From assembly GCA_035601235.1 (NCBI GenBank), contig DATNOR010000007.1, forward strand, positions 20,959-84,958: a DNA stretch of 64,000 nt, written 5' to 3'. Under the pieces are notes generated by a model. The model was not told where the DNA came from. It saw nothing but the letters and a program-made list of their open reading frames with translations, and made no database searches. Position numbers and translations under genes: made by a program. Shown here piece by piece: positions 26,115 through 35,981 of this stretch. Within the stretch, counting starts at the first letter, position 1; every line of letters begins with the position of its first letter. This stretch comes from Gemmatimonadales bacterium (GTDB lineage Bacteria; Gemmatimonadota; Gemmatimonadetes; Gemmatimonadales; GWC2-71-9).

Positions 26115-27017
26115 GTGTCCATCCGGCCAATCAAGCGGGTCGTGCAGTCGCAGCCCACCCTCGAGGGCGCGGGCGTCAAGCTGCGCCGGGCGTTCGGGTT
26201 CGGGAATACGGGCGAGTTCGACCCTTTCCTTTTATTAGACGACTTCCGCAACGAGCACCCGCAGGATTATCTGGCGGGCTTCCCCTGGCATCCACACCGC
26301 GGGATCGAGACGATCACGTACGTGCTCGCGGGCAGCGTGAACCACGGAGACAGCCTGGGGAACCGCGGGACGCTGGGCTCGGGCGACGTGCAGTGGATGA
26401 CCGCCGGGAGCGGCATCCTCCACCAGGAGATGCCCCAGGGAGACCCGCACGGACGGATGCACGGGTTCCAATTGTGGGCCAACCTGCCGTCCTCCCTCAA
26501 GATGACCCGGCCGCGCTACCAGGACATCGCGGCGGCCGACATCCCGGAGGTGGTGGACGACGACGGCACGCGGGTGCGCGTGGTGTGCGGCGACTTCTGG
26601 GGCAAGGCCGGTCCGGTGGACGGCGTCGCCGCCAATCCCCGCTACTTGGATGTCTGGGTGCCGCCGCGGGTGCGCAAGACGCTGCCCGTCGAGGCGTCGG
26701 CCCACGCCTTCGCCTACGTGTTCGAGGGCAGCGGCACCTTCCGCGACTCCTCCGCACCCCGCGCGGTCCGGACCGAATGGGTCGGCGGCGCGGAGGGGAC
26801 GCCGGAGCTCACCGGCAATCGCTCGCTCGTGTTGTTCGATTCGGGCGACGAGATCACCGTGCAGGCGGGCGAGGACGGCATCCGGTTTCTGCTCGTCTCG
26901 GGCCGGCCGATCGCCGAGCCGGTGGCGTGGCAGGGGCCCATCGTCATGAACACGGAAGCGGAGCTGCGGCGCGCTTACGCCGAGCTGCGCGACGGCACCT
27001 TCATCAAGCAACGCTGA
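26115..27017 (+). CDS. pirin family protein
   Basis: HPHRGIETITYVLAGSVNHGDSLG and DVQWMTAGSGILHQE. Start placed at GTG 26115 (GGGAGG just upstream). ATG 26088 is the track start. Confidence 0.9.
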   Translation: MSIRPIKRVVQSQPTLEGAGVKLRRAFGFGNTGEFDPFLLLDDFRNEHPQDYLAGFPWHPHRGIETITYVLAGSVNHGDSLGNRGTLGSGDVQWMTAGSGILHQEMPQGDPHGRMHGFQLWANLPSSLKMTRPRYQDIAAADIPEVVDDDGTRVRVVCGDFWGKAGPVDGVAANPRYLDVWVPPRVRKTLPVEASAHAFAYVFEGSGTFRDSSAPRAVRTEWVGGAEGTPELTGNRSLVLFDSGDEITVQAGEDGIRFLLVSGRPIAEPVAWQGPIVMNTEAELRRAYAELRDGTFIKQR

Positions 27018-27046
27018 TCACCTACCCTCGAGACCCGGAGCCCACC

Positions 27047-27586
27047 ATGGCTGGCGCCACGCACGCGACCCTCAACGATCTCCCCGAATCGGCCCGCAGT
27101 CAGGTGATCGACCTGTTGAACCAGCGGTTGGCGGATGCAATCGACCTGCAGCTGCAGGCGAAGCAGGCTCACTGGAACGTGAAGGGTCCGCAGTTCATCG
27201 CCCTCCACAAGCTGTTCGATGAGATTCACAGCGCCGCCGACGAGTACGTCGACCTGCTCGCGGAGCGCATCGTCCAGCTGGGCGGTATCGCCGAGGGGGT
27301 CACCGCGATCGTCGCCGAGCGCTCCGAGCTGCCGCAATACCCGATCAACATTTCGAGCGGCGAGGAGCACGTGTGGGCGCTGTCCAATGCGCTCGCGAGC
27401 TTCGGCGAGCGCATCCGCCGTGCGATCGACGAGACGGACGAGCTGGGGGACACGGACGCAACCGACATCTGCACCGAGATCTCGCGCGGCGTCGACAAGT
27501 GGCTGTGGTTCGTCGAAGCGCACGCCGACGGCGCGACGGCCGCCACGGCGACTCCGGGGACGCGTCAGACCGCAAGGGCGCGCTAG
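27047..27586 (+). CDS. dps: Dps (DNA starvation/stationary-phase protection, ferritin-like) protein
   Basis: Start at MAGATHATLNDL (ATG 27047, in frame with track ORF 25925..27586). HWNVKGPQFIALHKLFDE is a Dps signature. Confidence 0.9.
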   Translation: MAGATHATLNDLPESARSQVIDLLNQRLADAIDLQLQAKQAHWNVKGPQFIALHKLFDEIHSAADEYVDLLAERIVQLGGIAEGVTAIVAERSELPQYPINISSGEEHVWALSNALASFGERIRRAIDETDELGDTDATDICTEISRGVDKWLWFVEAHADGATAATATPGTRQTARAR

Positions 27587-27591
27587 GCCCC

Positions 27592-27984
27592 GTGCACGTC
27601 CCCTTCCCCGCCCTGCTGCGGCTCGGCGACGTGGGGTTGTTGGTGTTGCGGCTCATGGTGGCTGTGGTGTTCCTCGACAGCGGGCGGAATCATCTCCGCA
27701 ACCCCGCCGAGCGGTCCAAGAGCATCGGGGCGAGCACCGGGTTCACGGTCTTCCTGGGCACTGCGGAGGTGCTCGGGAGCGTGGGCCTGGCGCTCGGGAT
27801 CCTCACCCAGCTCGCCGCGATCGGTCTGATCCTCATCATGCTGGGCGCCATCCAGAAGAAGGTCTTCGTATGGAAAATCGGGTTTTGGGGGGGACGGGCG
27901 TACGGCTGGCACTATGACCTCATGCTGCTGGTGATGAACCTCGTCATCGTGACGACGGGCGGCGGCAGGCTCGTGCTCTTCTAG
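27592..27984 (+). CDS. DoxX family membrane protein
   Basis: About 130 codons from GTG 27592, 5 nt after the dps stop. Four hydrophobic helices (LLVLRLMVAVVFLDSG...LAAIGLILIMLGAI). Confidence 0.7.
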   Translation: MHVPFPALLRLGDVGLLVLRLMVAVVFLDSGRNHLRNPAERSKSIGASTGFTVFLGTAEVLGSVGLALGILTQLAAIGLILIMLGAIQKKVFVWKIGFWGGRAYGWHYDLMLLVMNLVIVTTGGGRLVLF

Positions 27985-27992
27985 GAGGCTCG

Positions 27993-29828
27993 ATGCTCTT
28001 CGTCCCCGTCGCCCAGGCGCAGCAGCCGCCGCCGCAGCCCGCGTTCACGTTCCAGGAAGTCATGATCCCGACGCGGGACGGCGCGCGCCTCCAGACCGTG
28101 ATCCTGACGCCCACCGACAAGTCCGGGCCTCTCCCCATCCTGTTCCGCCGCACGCCCTACGGTGTCCCCGAAGGGCCGATCGCCCAGGTACCGGCGAGCC
28201 TCAAGGAGCTGGCTCAGGACGGCTACATCCTGGCGATCCAGAACCTGCGGGGACGCTTCAAGTCGGAAGGTGTGTTCAAGCTGACCTCGCAGGTCGACCT
28301 GGCGGACTCGACTGCCACCAACGAGACCACGGACGCCTACGACACCATCGACTGGCTGGTGCGAAACGTCCCGAGCAACGGCAACGTCGGTATGTTCGGT
28401 GTCTCGTACGACGGCCTGACGACGGCGCTGGCCCTGCTGCATCCCCATCCGGCCCTGAAAGCCATCAGCGAGCAGGCGGCGCCGGTGGACCAGTGGATGA
28501 ACGACGACGACCACCGTTACGGCGCGTTGCGCGAAAGCTACGCCTTCGAGTACGCGGTGCTCGAGCAGGCCGACAAGTACAAGAACACGCATTTCGGCTT
28601 CGAGACCTACGACGGCTATTCCTGGTACTTGGCCCTCGGCCCGCTCTCGAACATCAACGCCAAGTACCTGCACGGCTCCATTCCCTACTGGAACGACGTC
28701 GTAGCGCACCCCGACTACGACGAGTTCTGGAAAAAGGAGGCCTGGGTGAGCCAGCTCCACGCCTCCACCGTGCCCAATCTGAACGTCGCCGGGTTCTGGG
28801 ATCAGGAGGATCCCTGGGGGCCGTGGCAGATCTTCCGCCACGCCGCGGAGCACGATCCCGAGCACACGAACTTCATGGTGGCGGGCCCGTGGTACCACGG
28901 GCAGTGGCGGGCACCCAAGGCGGACAGCATCGGGTTGATCGCCCTGGGCGGCCACGAAACGGCGCGCGAGTACCGCGAGACCATCGAGGCGCCCTTCTTC
29001 CGGTATTACCTGCACGGGCGAGGGGAGAAACCCACGTGGCGGGCCACCACGTTCCAGTCCGGCGCGAACCGCTGGCGCAGCTACTCCGTGTGGCCTCCCG
29101 ACGACGCCCGGCCGACGAGCCTGTATCTCCATGCCGACGGCACGCTGTCGTTCGAGCGCCCGCGCGCGGGAGGCAAGGCGTACCGCGAGTACGTGGCCGA
29201 TCCGGCGAACCCGGTGCCGTACCGGCAACGGCCCATTTCCCCCACCTATCCCGGCGGCGATTGGCGCACGTGGGAGGTGCAGGACCAGCGGTTCGTCGAC
29301 GGGCGACCGGACGTGCTCACGTTCGAGAGCGCTCCCCTCGACCAGGATCTCACGATCACCGGCGCAGTGTCGGCCGCTCTGTTCGCGTCGACGTCGGGCC
29401 GCGACGCCGACTTCGTGGTCAAGCTGATCGACGTGTATCCGGAAGATGCCCAGCCGAACGGATGGGATTCCGACGCGGGGCCCCGGCCCGGTACGTACGC
29501 CCAATCGATCAACGGCTACGAGCTGCCGATCGCGATGGAGGTGCGGCGCGGCCGCTACCTGACGAGCTACGAGCACCCGCGGCCGCTCACCCCCAACGCG
29601 CCCGTCGAGTGGCGGATCCCGCTCCGCGACCGCGATCACGTGTTCCTCAAAGGGCACCGCTTGATGGTCCAGGTGCAGTCGACCTGGTTCCCGCTGATCG
29701 ACCGCAATCCCCAGCGATTCGTGCCCAGCATCTATCAGGCGACGGCGACGGATTTCGTCAGGGCCACGCAGCGGGTCTATTGCTCCCCGGCGCTGGCGTC
29801 GCACCTCGTGCTGCCCGTGGTGCGGTAA
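27993..29828 (+). CDS. CocE/NonD (S15, X-Pro dipeptidyl-peptidase-like) family hydrolase
   Basis: 611-aa ORF with TPYG, GMFGVSYDG (nucleophile) and a C-terminal PepX_C-like region. AGGAGG lies 4 nt before the ATG and overlaps the DoxX stop. Confidence 0.85.
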   Translation: MLFVPVAQAQQPPPQPAFTFQEVMIPTRDGARLQTVILTPTDKSGPLPILFRRTPYGVPEGPIAQVPASLKELAQDGYILAIQNLRGRFKSEGVFKLTSQVDLADSTATNETTDAYDTIDWLVRNVPSNGNVGMFGVSYDGLTTALALLHPHPALKAISEQAAPVDQWMNDDDHRYGALRESYAFEYAVLEQADKYKNTHFGFETYDGYSWYLALGPLSNINAKYLHGSIPYWNDVVAHPDYDEFWKKEAWVSQLHASTVPNLNVAGFWDQEDPWGPWQIFRHAAEHDPEHTNFMVAGPWYHGQWRAPKADSIGLIALGGHETAREYRETIEAPFFRYYLHGRGEKPTWRATTFQSGANRWRSYSVWPPDDARPTSLYLHADGTLSFERPRAGGKAYREYVADPANPVPYRQRPISPTYPGGDWRTWEVQDQRFVDGRPDVLTFESAPLDQDLTITGAVSAALFASTSGRDADFVVKLIDVYPEDAQPNGWDSDAGPRPGTYAQSINGYELPIAMEVRRGRYLTSYEHPRPLTPNAPVEWRIPLRDRDHVFLKGHRLMVQVQSTWFPLIDRNPQRFVPSIYQATATDFVRATQRVYCSPALASHLVLPVVR

Positions 29829-29838
29829 CTCGAACCAC

Positions 29839-31542
29839 TCAGCGGTCCGCCTTGCGTCGCCCCTTCTTTTCTTCGGCGGACTCCGGTCCGCCCACGGCCA
29901 CCATCACGCGATCCCGGCCGCCCGTCTTCGCCTGGTACATCGCGACGTCGGCGCTCGCGATCAACTCCTCCGGCGTGTCGCCGTTGGCCGGGTACTCCGC
30001 GGCGCCGATGCTCACCGACATCTTGCCGCCCTGGAACGCTTCGCCCGCCACCCGCGCCCGGATGCGCTCGGCCACGGTGGCCGCGATCGCGATCGGCGCT
30101 TCGATCAACATCACGACGAACTCTTCCCCGCCGTAACGCGCCACCGAGTCCACGGCACGCGTCATCTTCCGGAAGATCTCCGCCACCTTCACGAGCACGG
30201 CGTCTCCGGCGAGGTGGCCGTGCGTGTCGTTGTACTGCTTGAAGTGGTCGACATCCGCGAGCAGCACGGAAAACGTGCGCCGCAGCCGCCGTGACCGCTG
30301 CACCTCGTTGGCGAGCGTGCCCATCAGGTGTCGCCGGTTGTACAGCCCGGTGAGCGCGTCGGTGACGGAGAGACGCTCGAGCTCCCCTTGAGCCTCCCGC
30401 TCCCGCAAGCGCACGACCATGTTGTTGAACACCCGCATCAATTCGCCGAGCTCGCCGCCGGCGCTGGTCGGCAGCTCAACCGAGAGATCGCCCGCGGCCA
30501 CCTGGGTCGCGGCACGCGTGAGGCGTCCCAGCGGCCGCACCACGAGGAGGCCCACACTGCCGGCCATCACCGCCACGCCCGCGAGCAGCGCGACGAGGAT
30601 CAGCCCGGCGCCGTGCCGCGGCTGGCCACCCGGGCGCATGGCGGCCGCCCGCGGCAGCTCCGCCACGGCCGCCACGCGCAGCTGCGGCGCGCGCCGCAGC
30701 GTCCCGACGGCGTCCTGTCCGTCCGCGCGCTTGTACTCGACGATCTGTCCTTCCTTGTCGAGCAGGGTCTGCACCATCGCCTTCGGTAGCCGGGTCCGCA
30801 TGAGGTCGGCCGAGCTGCCGCGGCTGCCGATCACCAGCTTGCCTTCGTCGGTCATCAGGTAGACGTTCTTCGGGGCGTCGGCGCCGAGCCGCTGCAGCAT
30901 ATCCCCCACCGTGCGCAGGTTGACCTTGGCGACCAGGGCGCCGAGGAACCGCCCGTCCGCTTCGCGCACCGGTACCGCCAGCACGACTGCGGCCTTGCCG
31001 ACCCCGGCGTCCCAGTAGGGGTCGCCCACGAACGCGTCGCCGGTGCGGAGCCCGTTGAGCCGCTCCTCCGGAACCTGCATCGCACTGGTCCGGCCGATGC
31101 TCGTTGCTCCCGTGCGTCCCCGTGCGTCCGCCACCAGCAGGGCTTCGCATCCCGTGCAGCGCTCCCGCACGGAGTTGAGGTAGTCGCGCAGCCGGGCCGA
31201 CGCCTGGCCGCCCCCCGCCCCCGGCCGGATCCTGGCGAGATTCTCCGACAGGACGAACGAGCCCCCGGCCACCCGCAGATCGGACAGGCGCTCGTCCAGC
31301 CACACGTCCGCCTGCCGGGCCGCCTCAGAGCTCACACTGCGAAGCTCCTGGGCCACCGTATCGCTGAGCGAGGGCTGCTCATGCCGGAACGAGGAGAGGA
31401 TCGCGACCGCCGGGATGAGCGTCGCGACCAGGCCGAGCAGCAGGAGCCTGCTGCGCAGGCTGTTCAGGTGCAGGGCACGAAGCGACTGTGCGATGGTCTG
31501 TTGCCAGGGGCTCACGGTCTGGGCCGGTTTTGAGTACAGCAA
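29839..31542 (-). CDS. sensor diguanylate cyclase (extracytoplasmic Cache-like domain, HAMP, GGDEF)
   Basis: 567-aa ORF with two TM segments flanking a sensor region of about 270 aa. HAMP-like linker, DALTGLYNRR, DVDHFKQYND, an I-site RAVD five residues before GGEEF. Confidence 0.85.
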   Translation of the reverse strand: MLYSKPAQTVSPWQQTIAQSLRALHLNSLRSRLLLLGLVATLIPAVAILSSFRHEQPSLSDTVAQELRSVSSEAARQADVWLDERLSDLRVAGGSFVLSENLARIRPGAGGGQASARLRDYLNSVRERCTGCEALLVADARGRTGATSIGRTSAMQVPEERLNGLRTGDAFVGDPYWDAGVGKAAVVLAVPVREADGRFLGALVAKVNLRTVGDMLQRLGADAPKNVYLMTDEGKLVIGSRGSSADLMRTRLPKAMVQTLLDKEGQIVEYKRADGQDAVGTLRRAPQLRVAAVAELPRAAAMRPGGQPRHGAGLILVALLAGVAVMAGSVGLLVVRPLGRLTRAATQVAAGDLSVELPTSAGGELGELMRVFNNMVVRLREREAQGELERLSVTDALTGLYNRRHLMGTLANEVQRSRRLRRTFSVLLADVDHFKQYNDTHGHLAGDAVLVKVAEIFRKMTRAVDSVARYGGEEFVVMLIEAPIAIAATVAERIRARVAGEAFQGGKMSVSIGAAEYPANGDTPEELIASADVAMYQAKTGGRDRVMVAVGGPESAEEKKGRRKADR

Positions 31543-31669
31543 GATTCACCTGTGGCAGCCACACCACGCAAGAGTGGCCGGAAAGGCCCCCCGCGGCGTG
31601 TGACGCGCCGCCCTCCCCGCAGGGTATCCCAATTTAAAAGCCTTCCTCTTATCTCGAGCGAGGTGCCCG

Positions 31670-33187
31670 ATGACCGTCCCCGGCGCGCTTGCCCTGTCGG
31701 CGCTTTTTCTGCTCACCGCCCGGCCGCTCCGCGCCCAGCTGATTTCGATCAAAACGGTCCCCATCGCGCAGGGCGATCAGTTCAACGTGTTCCCTTCGCT
31801 GAATCAGGGCATGGGAGGCGTCGCGATCGGACTCCCCGACACGCTGCTCGATCCGTTCCGCAACCCCGCCAAGGGGGGCCGCCTCTCGATCGCGCGCTTC
31901 TTCGGGTCGCCCATGGTATACGGGGTCTCGAACAATGCCGGCGGCGGGCGCACGCTGCCGGTCGCGGCCATCGCGCCGCTGGGCTCCTGGTTCGGCGCGC
32001 TGTCGCTCGCGGTTCAGGAGGTCGACCCGAGCAGACCGCCGGAGTCGGTGCTGATGGGGCCACCGCCGCCGGGGGTGGTGGTACAGGGTCCGCGTCCCAT
32101 CGTCGTGACGCCGCCCGCGCCCGAGTCACACGGCAATGCCTACGTCTTCGCCCTCGTTGGCATGACGCTACCGAAGCAGAAGGTGTCGCTGGGGGCGAGC
32201 TTCTCCTGGGCGCGGCTCAACGCCATGGACGGCGTCGACCTCCTCTACCCCGGCAGTCAGAGCATCAACCAGTTCGGGCACGAGGTGGACGTGCGGGCGG
32301 GACTGCTCAAGGAATGGGCCGGCGACCGCGCGCTCGACGCGGTCGTGCTCCATAACCATTTCGGCATGTCGCAGGACGTGAGCTATCTCGACCTGTTCTG
32401 GGATCCGGGGACGCAGAGCGTGCAGCAGCGTCCGCGCGTCGACCACGAGCTCGATCGCACCGACACGTGGGGACTCGCGCTGCAGTATGCACGCCCGCTC
32501 ACGGCGTCGGGCTGGCGCATCGGCTGGCTCGCGACGGGGAACCTGATGTCACACCCGAAAATCCCGAACTACGAGCTGATGAACATCCCCCGCGACCCCG
32601 GACACTCGCATGCCTACCAGGTCGGCGTCGGGGTGGCCCGCGTCAGCGGCCCCGCGACGTTCGGGCTCGACGCCGTGTACGAGCCGATCTGGAGCGACAC
32701 CTGGGCGGCCGCAGCGGCGCCGACCGCGACCAGCGCGGGCGACACGATCCCGGTGGGCGGGAAGACGATCGAGAACCGGTTCCACTTCTCCAATTTCCAG
32801 TTTCGCATGGGGATCGGTCGTGACATCGTGCTCGGCGGCCGGCCGCGCGGGGCGACGTGGCAGCTGGGCCTTGCCGCGCGCACGGTGCACTACTGGCTAG
32901 TCCAGAGCGACTTCGTGCAGAGCGCCGTCCGCCCGCAAGAGGAGTGGTGGGTCGAATGGACGCCTACCTGGGGCCTCACCCTGCGGTTTCCGGAGCTGGA
33001 GCTGCGCTACACCGGGCGGGTCACCAAGGGCACCGGGCGTCCCGGCACCCAGACCACGCCGGGGTTCGTAGCGGACGCGGCGGGTGTGCGTTCCGGCGAG
33101 TTGCTGGTCGCGCCGGACGGCCCACTGACGCTGCAGGGCGTCAGCGTCGTCACGCATCAGATCTCGCTCTCCCTGCCGCTGCACTGA
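31670..33187 (+). CDS. secreted protein, probable outer-membrane beta-barrel, family unassigned
   Basis: 505-aa ORF with signal peptide MTVPGALALSALFLLTARPLRAQ. Alternating hydrophobic beta-strand-like segments. No family recognised. Confidence 0.5.
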   Translation: MTVPGALALSALFLLTARPLRAQLISIKTVPIAQGDQFNVFPSLNQGMGGVAIGLPDTLLDPFRNPAKGGRLSIARFFGSPMVYGVSNNAGGGRTLPVAAIAPLGSWFGALSLAVQEVDPSRPPESVLMGPPPPGVVVQGPRPIVVTPPAPESHGNAYVFALVGMTLPKQKVSLGASFSWARLNAMDGVDLLYPGSQSINQFGHEVDVRAGLLKEWAGDRALDAVVLHNHFGMSQDVSYLDLFWDPGTQSVQQRPRVDHELDRTDTWGLALQYARPLTASGWRIGWLATGNLMSHPKIPNYELMNIPRDPGHSHAYQVGVGVARVSGPATFGLDAVYEPIWSDTWAAAAAPTATSAGDTIPVGGKTIENRFHFSNFQFRMGIGRDIVLGGRPRGATWQLGLAARTVHYWLVQSDFVQSAVRPQEEWWVEWTPTWGLTLRFPELELRYTGRVTKGTGRPGTQTTPGFVADAAGVRSGELLVAPDGPLTLQGVSVVTHQISLSLPLH

Positions 33188-33210
33188 GCGAGCACGTCGA
33201 GGAGGGACTC

Positions 33211-34554
33211 GTGCCACGGACCATCGTTGCGATCTGCTGCGGGCTGCTCGCGCTGGGCGCGGGGTGCGAGCGGACGGGGGCCCCGACCGGACCGGCGCTC
33301 GACGCACAGCTGCGCCAGGACATCGCGCGCTGGGGAGTGATCCCCATCGGGCCGGTGCCCGCCCAGCCTCAGGCGCTGGTGGATCTCGGCCAGGCGCTGA
33401 TGTTCGACAAGATCCTGAGCGGCAATCGCGACGTAGCGTGCGCCACCTGCCACCACCCGTCGACCCATGAGGGCGATGGCCTGTCCCTGTCCATCGGGAC
33501 CGGGGGCACGGGTCTGGGGCCCTCGCGCACCCTCGGCCCGGGACGTCAGTTCGTACGTCGTAACGCACCGTCGCTGTTGAACGGCGGGCTCGGGTTGTTC
33601 TATCTGTTTTGGGATGGCCGGGTCGCGCGCTTCCTGTCGGGCTTTAACGGCGGGCCCCCGGTCCCCGGAGATGTGCCGAACCTCTTGAGCGCGCAGGCGA
33701 GGCTCCCCGTGCTGGACCGGCGCGAGATGCGGGGCGAGCCGGGGGATCAGGACGTGTTCGGGGCGCCGAACGAGCTGGCGCAGATCGCCGATAGCGACTC
33801 GGCTGCCGTGTGGCAAGCGCTCATGCAGCGCTTGCTCGCCATCCCGGAGTACGTCGCAACGTTCAACCGCGCCTTCCCGAGCACCCCGACCAGCGCGCTC
33901 CGCTTCGAGCAGGCGGCCGAGGCGCTGGCGGCCTTCCAGGTCGCCGCGCTCACCAAAACGAACTCGCCGTTCGACCGTTACCTGACCCACGACGATGCGG
34001 CCTTGACGACGCAGCAGAAGCGCGGCGCGCAGCTGTTCTTCGGCAAGGCGCTGTGCTCGTCCTGCCACAACGGGCCGCTGCTCGGCGGCAGCGGGTTCGC
34101 GAACGCAGGCGTGCCGCAGCTCGGGCCCGGGAGCCCGGCGACGCCGCCGCTCGACCGCGGGCGCGCCGATCTCCCCGACCAGCCGTTCTACCAATTCGCC
34201 TTCCGCGTGGCGCCGCTGCGCAACGTCGAGCTCACGGCCCCGTACATGCACGACGGCGCGTTCCCGACGCTCGAGGCCGTGGTACGTCACTACAACGACG
34301 TGCCGCTCGCGCTCCAGACCTACGACGTCTCCCAGCTCGAGCCGGCGCTGCGCGCCACGTACCACGGCGACGCCGCCACCACCGATTCCGTGATCCAGTC
34401 GCTGGATTTTCGGTTGCGGACACCGCTCCACCTCAGCGACGACGAGCTGGCGGACCTCGTGGCATTCTTGAAGTCGTTGACGGATCCGTCGGCCCGGGAC
34501 TTGAGCGCCCTCGTTCCGGCCGCGGTGCCGAGCGGGCTGCCGGTGCCGCGATGA
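33211..34554 (+). CDS. di-heme cytochrome c peroxidase (CCP/MauG family), probably lipid-anchored
   Basis: Start at GTG 33211 (GAGGAGG 5 nt upstream), in frame with track ORF 32857..34554. Two CxxCH motifs (CATCHH, CSSCHN) and PLRNVELTAPYMHDG. Confidence 0.85.
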   Translation: MPRTIVAICCGLLALGAGCERTGAPTGPALDAQLRQDIARWGVIPIGPVPAQPQALVDLGQALMFDKILSGNRDVACATCHHPSTHEGDGLSLSIGTGGTGLGPSRTLGPGRQFVRRNAPSLLNGGLGLFYLFWDGRVARFLSGFNGGPPVPGDVPNLLSAQARLPVLDRREMRGEPGDQDVFGAPNELAQIADSDSAAVWQALMQRLLAIPEYVATFNRAFPSTPTSALRFEQAAEALAAFQVAALTKTNSPFDRYLTHDDAALTTQQKRGAQLFFGKALCSSCHNGPLLGGSGFANAGVPQLGPGSPATPPLDRGRADLPDQPFYQFAFRVAPLRNVELTAPYMHDGAFPTLEAVVRHYNDVPLALQTYDVSQLEPALRATYHGDAATTDSVIQSLDFRLRTPLHLSDDELADLVAFLKSLTDPSARDLSALVPAAVPSGLPVPR

Positions 34555-34561
34555 GCCGGCG

Positions 34562-35836
34562 TCAGTGCCAGAGGTGCCAGACCGTGTAGATCAGGAGCCC
34601 GACCAGGCCTCCCACGAGCGTGCCGTTGATGCGTACGAACTGCAGGTCCCGCCCGACGGCCAGCTCGAACCGGCGCGCCGTCGCCTCTGGATCCCAACCG
34701 GCGACGGTCTGGGCGATCAGGTCTCCGATTTCGTGACGGTACCGCTCCACCACCGAGGCCGTGAGGTCGATCACCAGGTCGTCCAGCTCGGCGAGCAGCG
34801 CGTCGTTCGCGAGCAGGGCCGCGCCGAACTCGCTGAGGCCGCGCTCGAGCGGTCCGGGGGCCGCGCCGTCCGCCCGCGTAGCGTAGGTGACGATGGCGCG
34901 CCGCACGGCTTCCCACAGGCGGGCGGACAGATCGGCGATTGCGGGATCGGCGAGCCATTCCTGCTTGAGCGCTTCCGCGCGGGCGATCACGTCGGGGGCG
35001 TGCTGCAGGCGGTCGACGAAGTCCCGCAGCGCCGTATCGAACGCCGCCCGCAGCGGGTGATCCGGCCGGGCCCCGATGTCCCGCAGCAATCCCTCGACCG
35101 TCACGATGATGCGCTGGTAGATCTGGTCGTCCACCACGCCCGGCACCCACCACGGACTCTCGGCCCGTACCCGTTCGCGGATCACATCGCGGTTGTCGTG
35201 TACCGCCTGGGCGGCGAAGCGCACGGCCTCGTTGAGCAAGCCCTGGTGGCGGTCGTCCGACAGCACCAGCGCCAGGGTCTTGCCGAGGGCCGGCGCCACG
35301 CGCGTGGCCTGGAGGCGCGCGCTCACGACCTGGTGCACCAGGGCGCGGACATCGGCGTCGGGCAGGGTGTCGAGCGTCTTCGCCAGGCCGCTCGCGACCT
35401 GGCGCGCGATGCGCCGGCCGTGCTCCGGATCGGCGAGCCAGCGGGCGGCACGCTCGGCGGGACGCACGGCACGCAGGTTGGCGGCGACCACCTCACGCGA
35501 CAGGAAATGATTCTGCACGAAGGTCCCGAGGATCCGGCCGATGCGCTCCTTGCGGGTGGCCACGATCGCGGTGTGCGGGATCGGGAGCCCCAGGGGGTGA
35601 CGGAACAGGGCGGTGACGGCGAACCAGTCCGCGAGGCCGCCGACCAGCGACGCTTCCGCCGTGGCGCGCACGTAGCCGAGCCACGGAAACTGTCCCTCGT
35701 ACAGGCTCGCCCCCAGGAACACCACCGCCGCGAGCGCGAGCAGGCCGGTGGCCTGTCGCTTCATCGCGTCGAGCTGCGCCTGCCGGACCGCATCGTCCGG
35801 CCGTGACCACGGGGAGGGGGACGGGGACGCCGTCAT
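34562..35836 (-). CDS. DUF445 domain membrane protein
   Basis: Start at MTASPSPSPW (Met50 of track ORF 34562..35983). GGLADWFAVTALFRHPLGLPIPHTAI is the DUF445 hallmark as I recall it. Confidence 0.75.
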   Translation of the reverse strand: MTASPSPSPWSRPDDAVRQAQLDAMKRQATGLLALAAVVFLGASLYEGQFPWLGYVRATAEASLVGGLADWFAVTALFRHPLGLPIPHTAIVATRKERIGRILGTFVQNHFLSREVVAANLRAVRPAERAARWLADPEHGRRIARQVASGLAKTLDTLPDADVRALVHQVVSARLQATRVAPALGKTLALVLSDDRHQGLLNEAVRFAAQAVHDNRDVIRERVRAESPWWVPGVVDDQIYQRIIVTVEGLLRDIGARPDHPLRAAFDTALRDFVDRLQHAPDVIARAEALKQEWLADPAIADLSARLWEAVRRAIVTYATRADGAAPGPLERGLSEFGAALLANDALLAELDDLVIDLTASVVERYRHEIGDLIAQTVAGWDPEATARRFELAVGRDLQFVRINGTLVGGLVGLLIYTVWHLWH

Positions 35837-35981
35837 TGCACCGACCAAGATAATCGCCGCCGCGGATCTGACGCACGCGCGACAGTCGCCCGTTGGACAA
35901 CATGCGTGTGGAGTCCGCTCCTCAGATTGACACGTCGCCCCTGCCCCTCGACCTTGCGGGCGACCCGACCCGCGACGGCGC

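Noticed and set aside
27981-29804. 607-aa minus-strand ORF opposite the S15 peptidase. Similar shadows occur at 13547..15556, 14119..15621, 33157..34431, 37404..38879 and 37622..39373.
   Set aside because: All are Arg/Pro/Gly/Ala-dominated with no domain motifs. Each overlaps a well-supported gene in another frame or strand.
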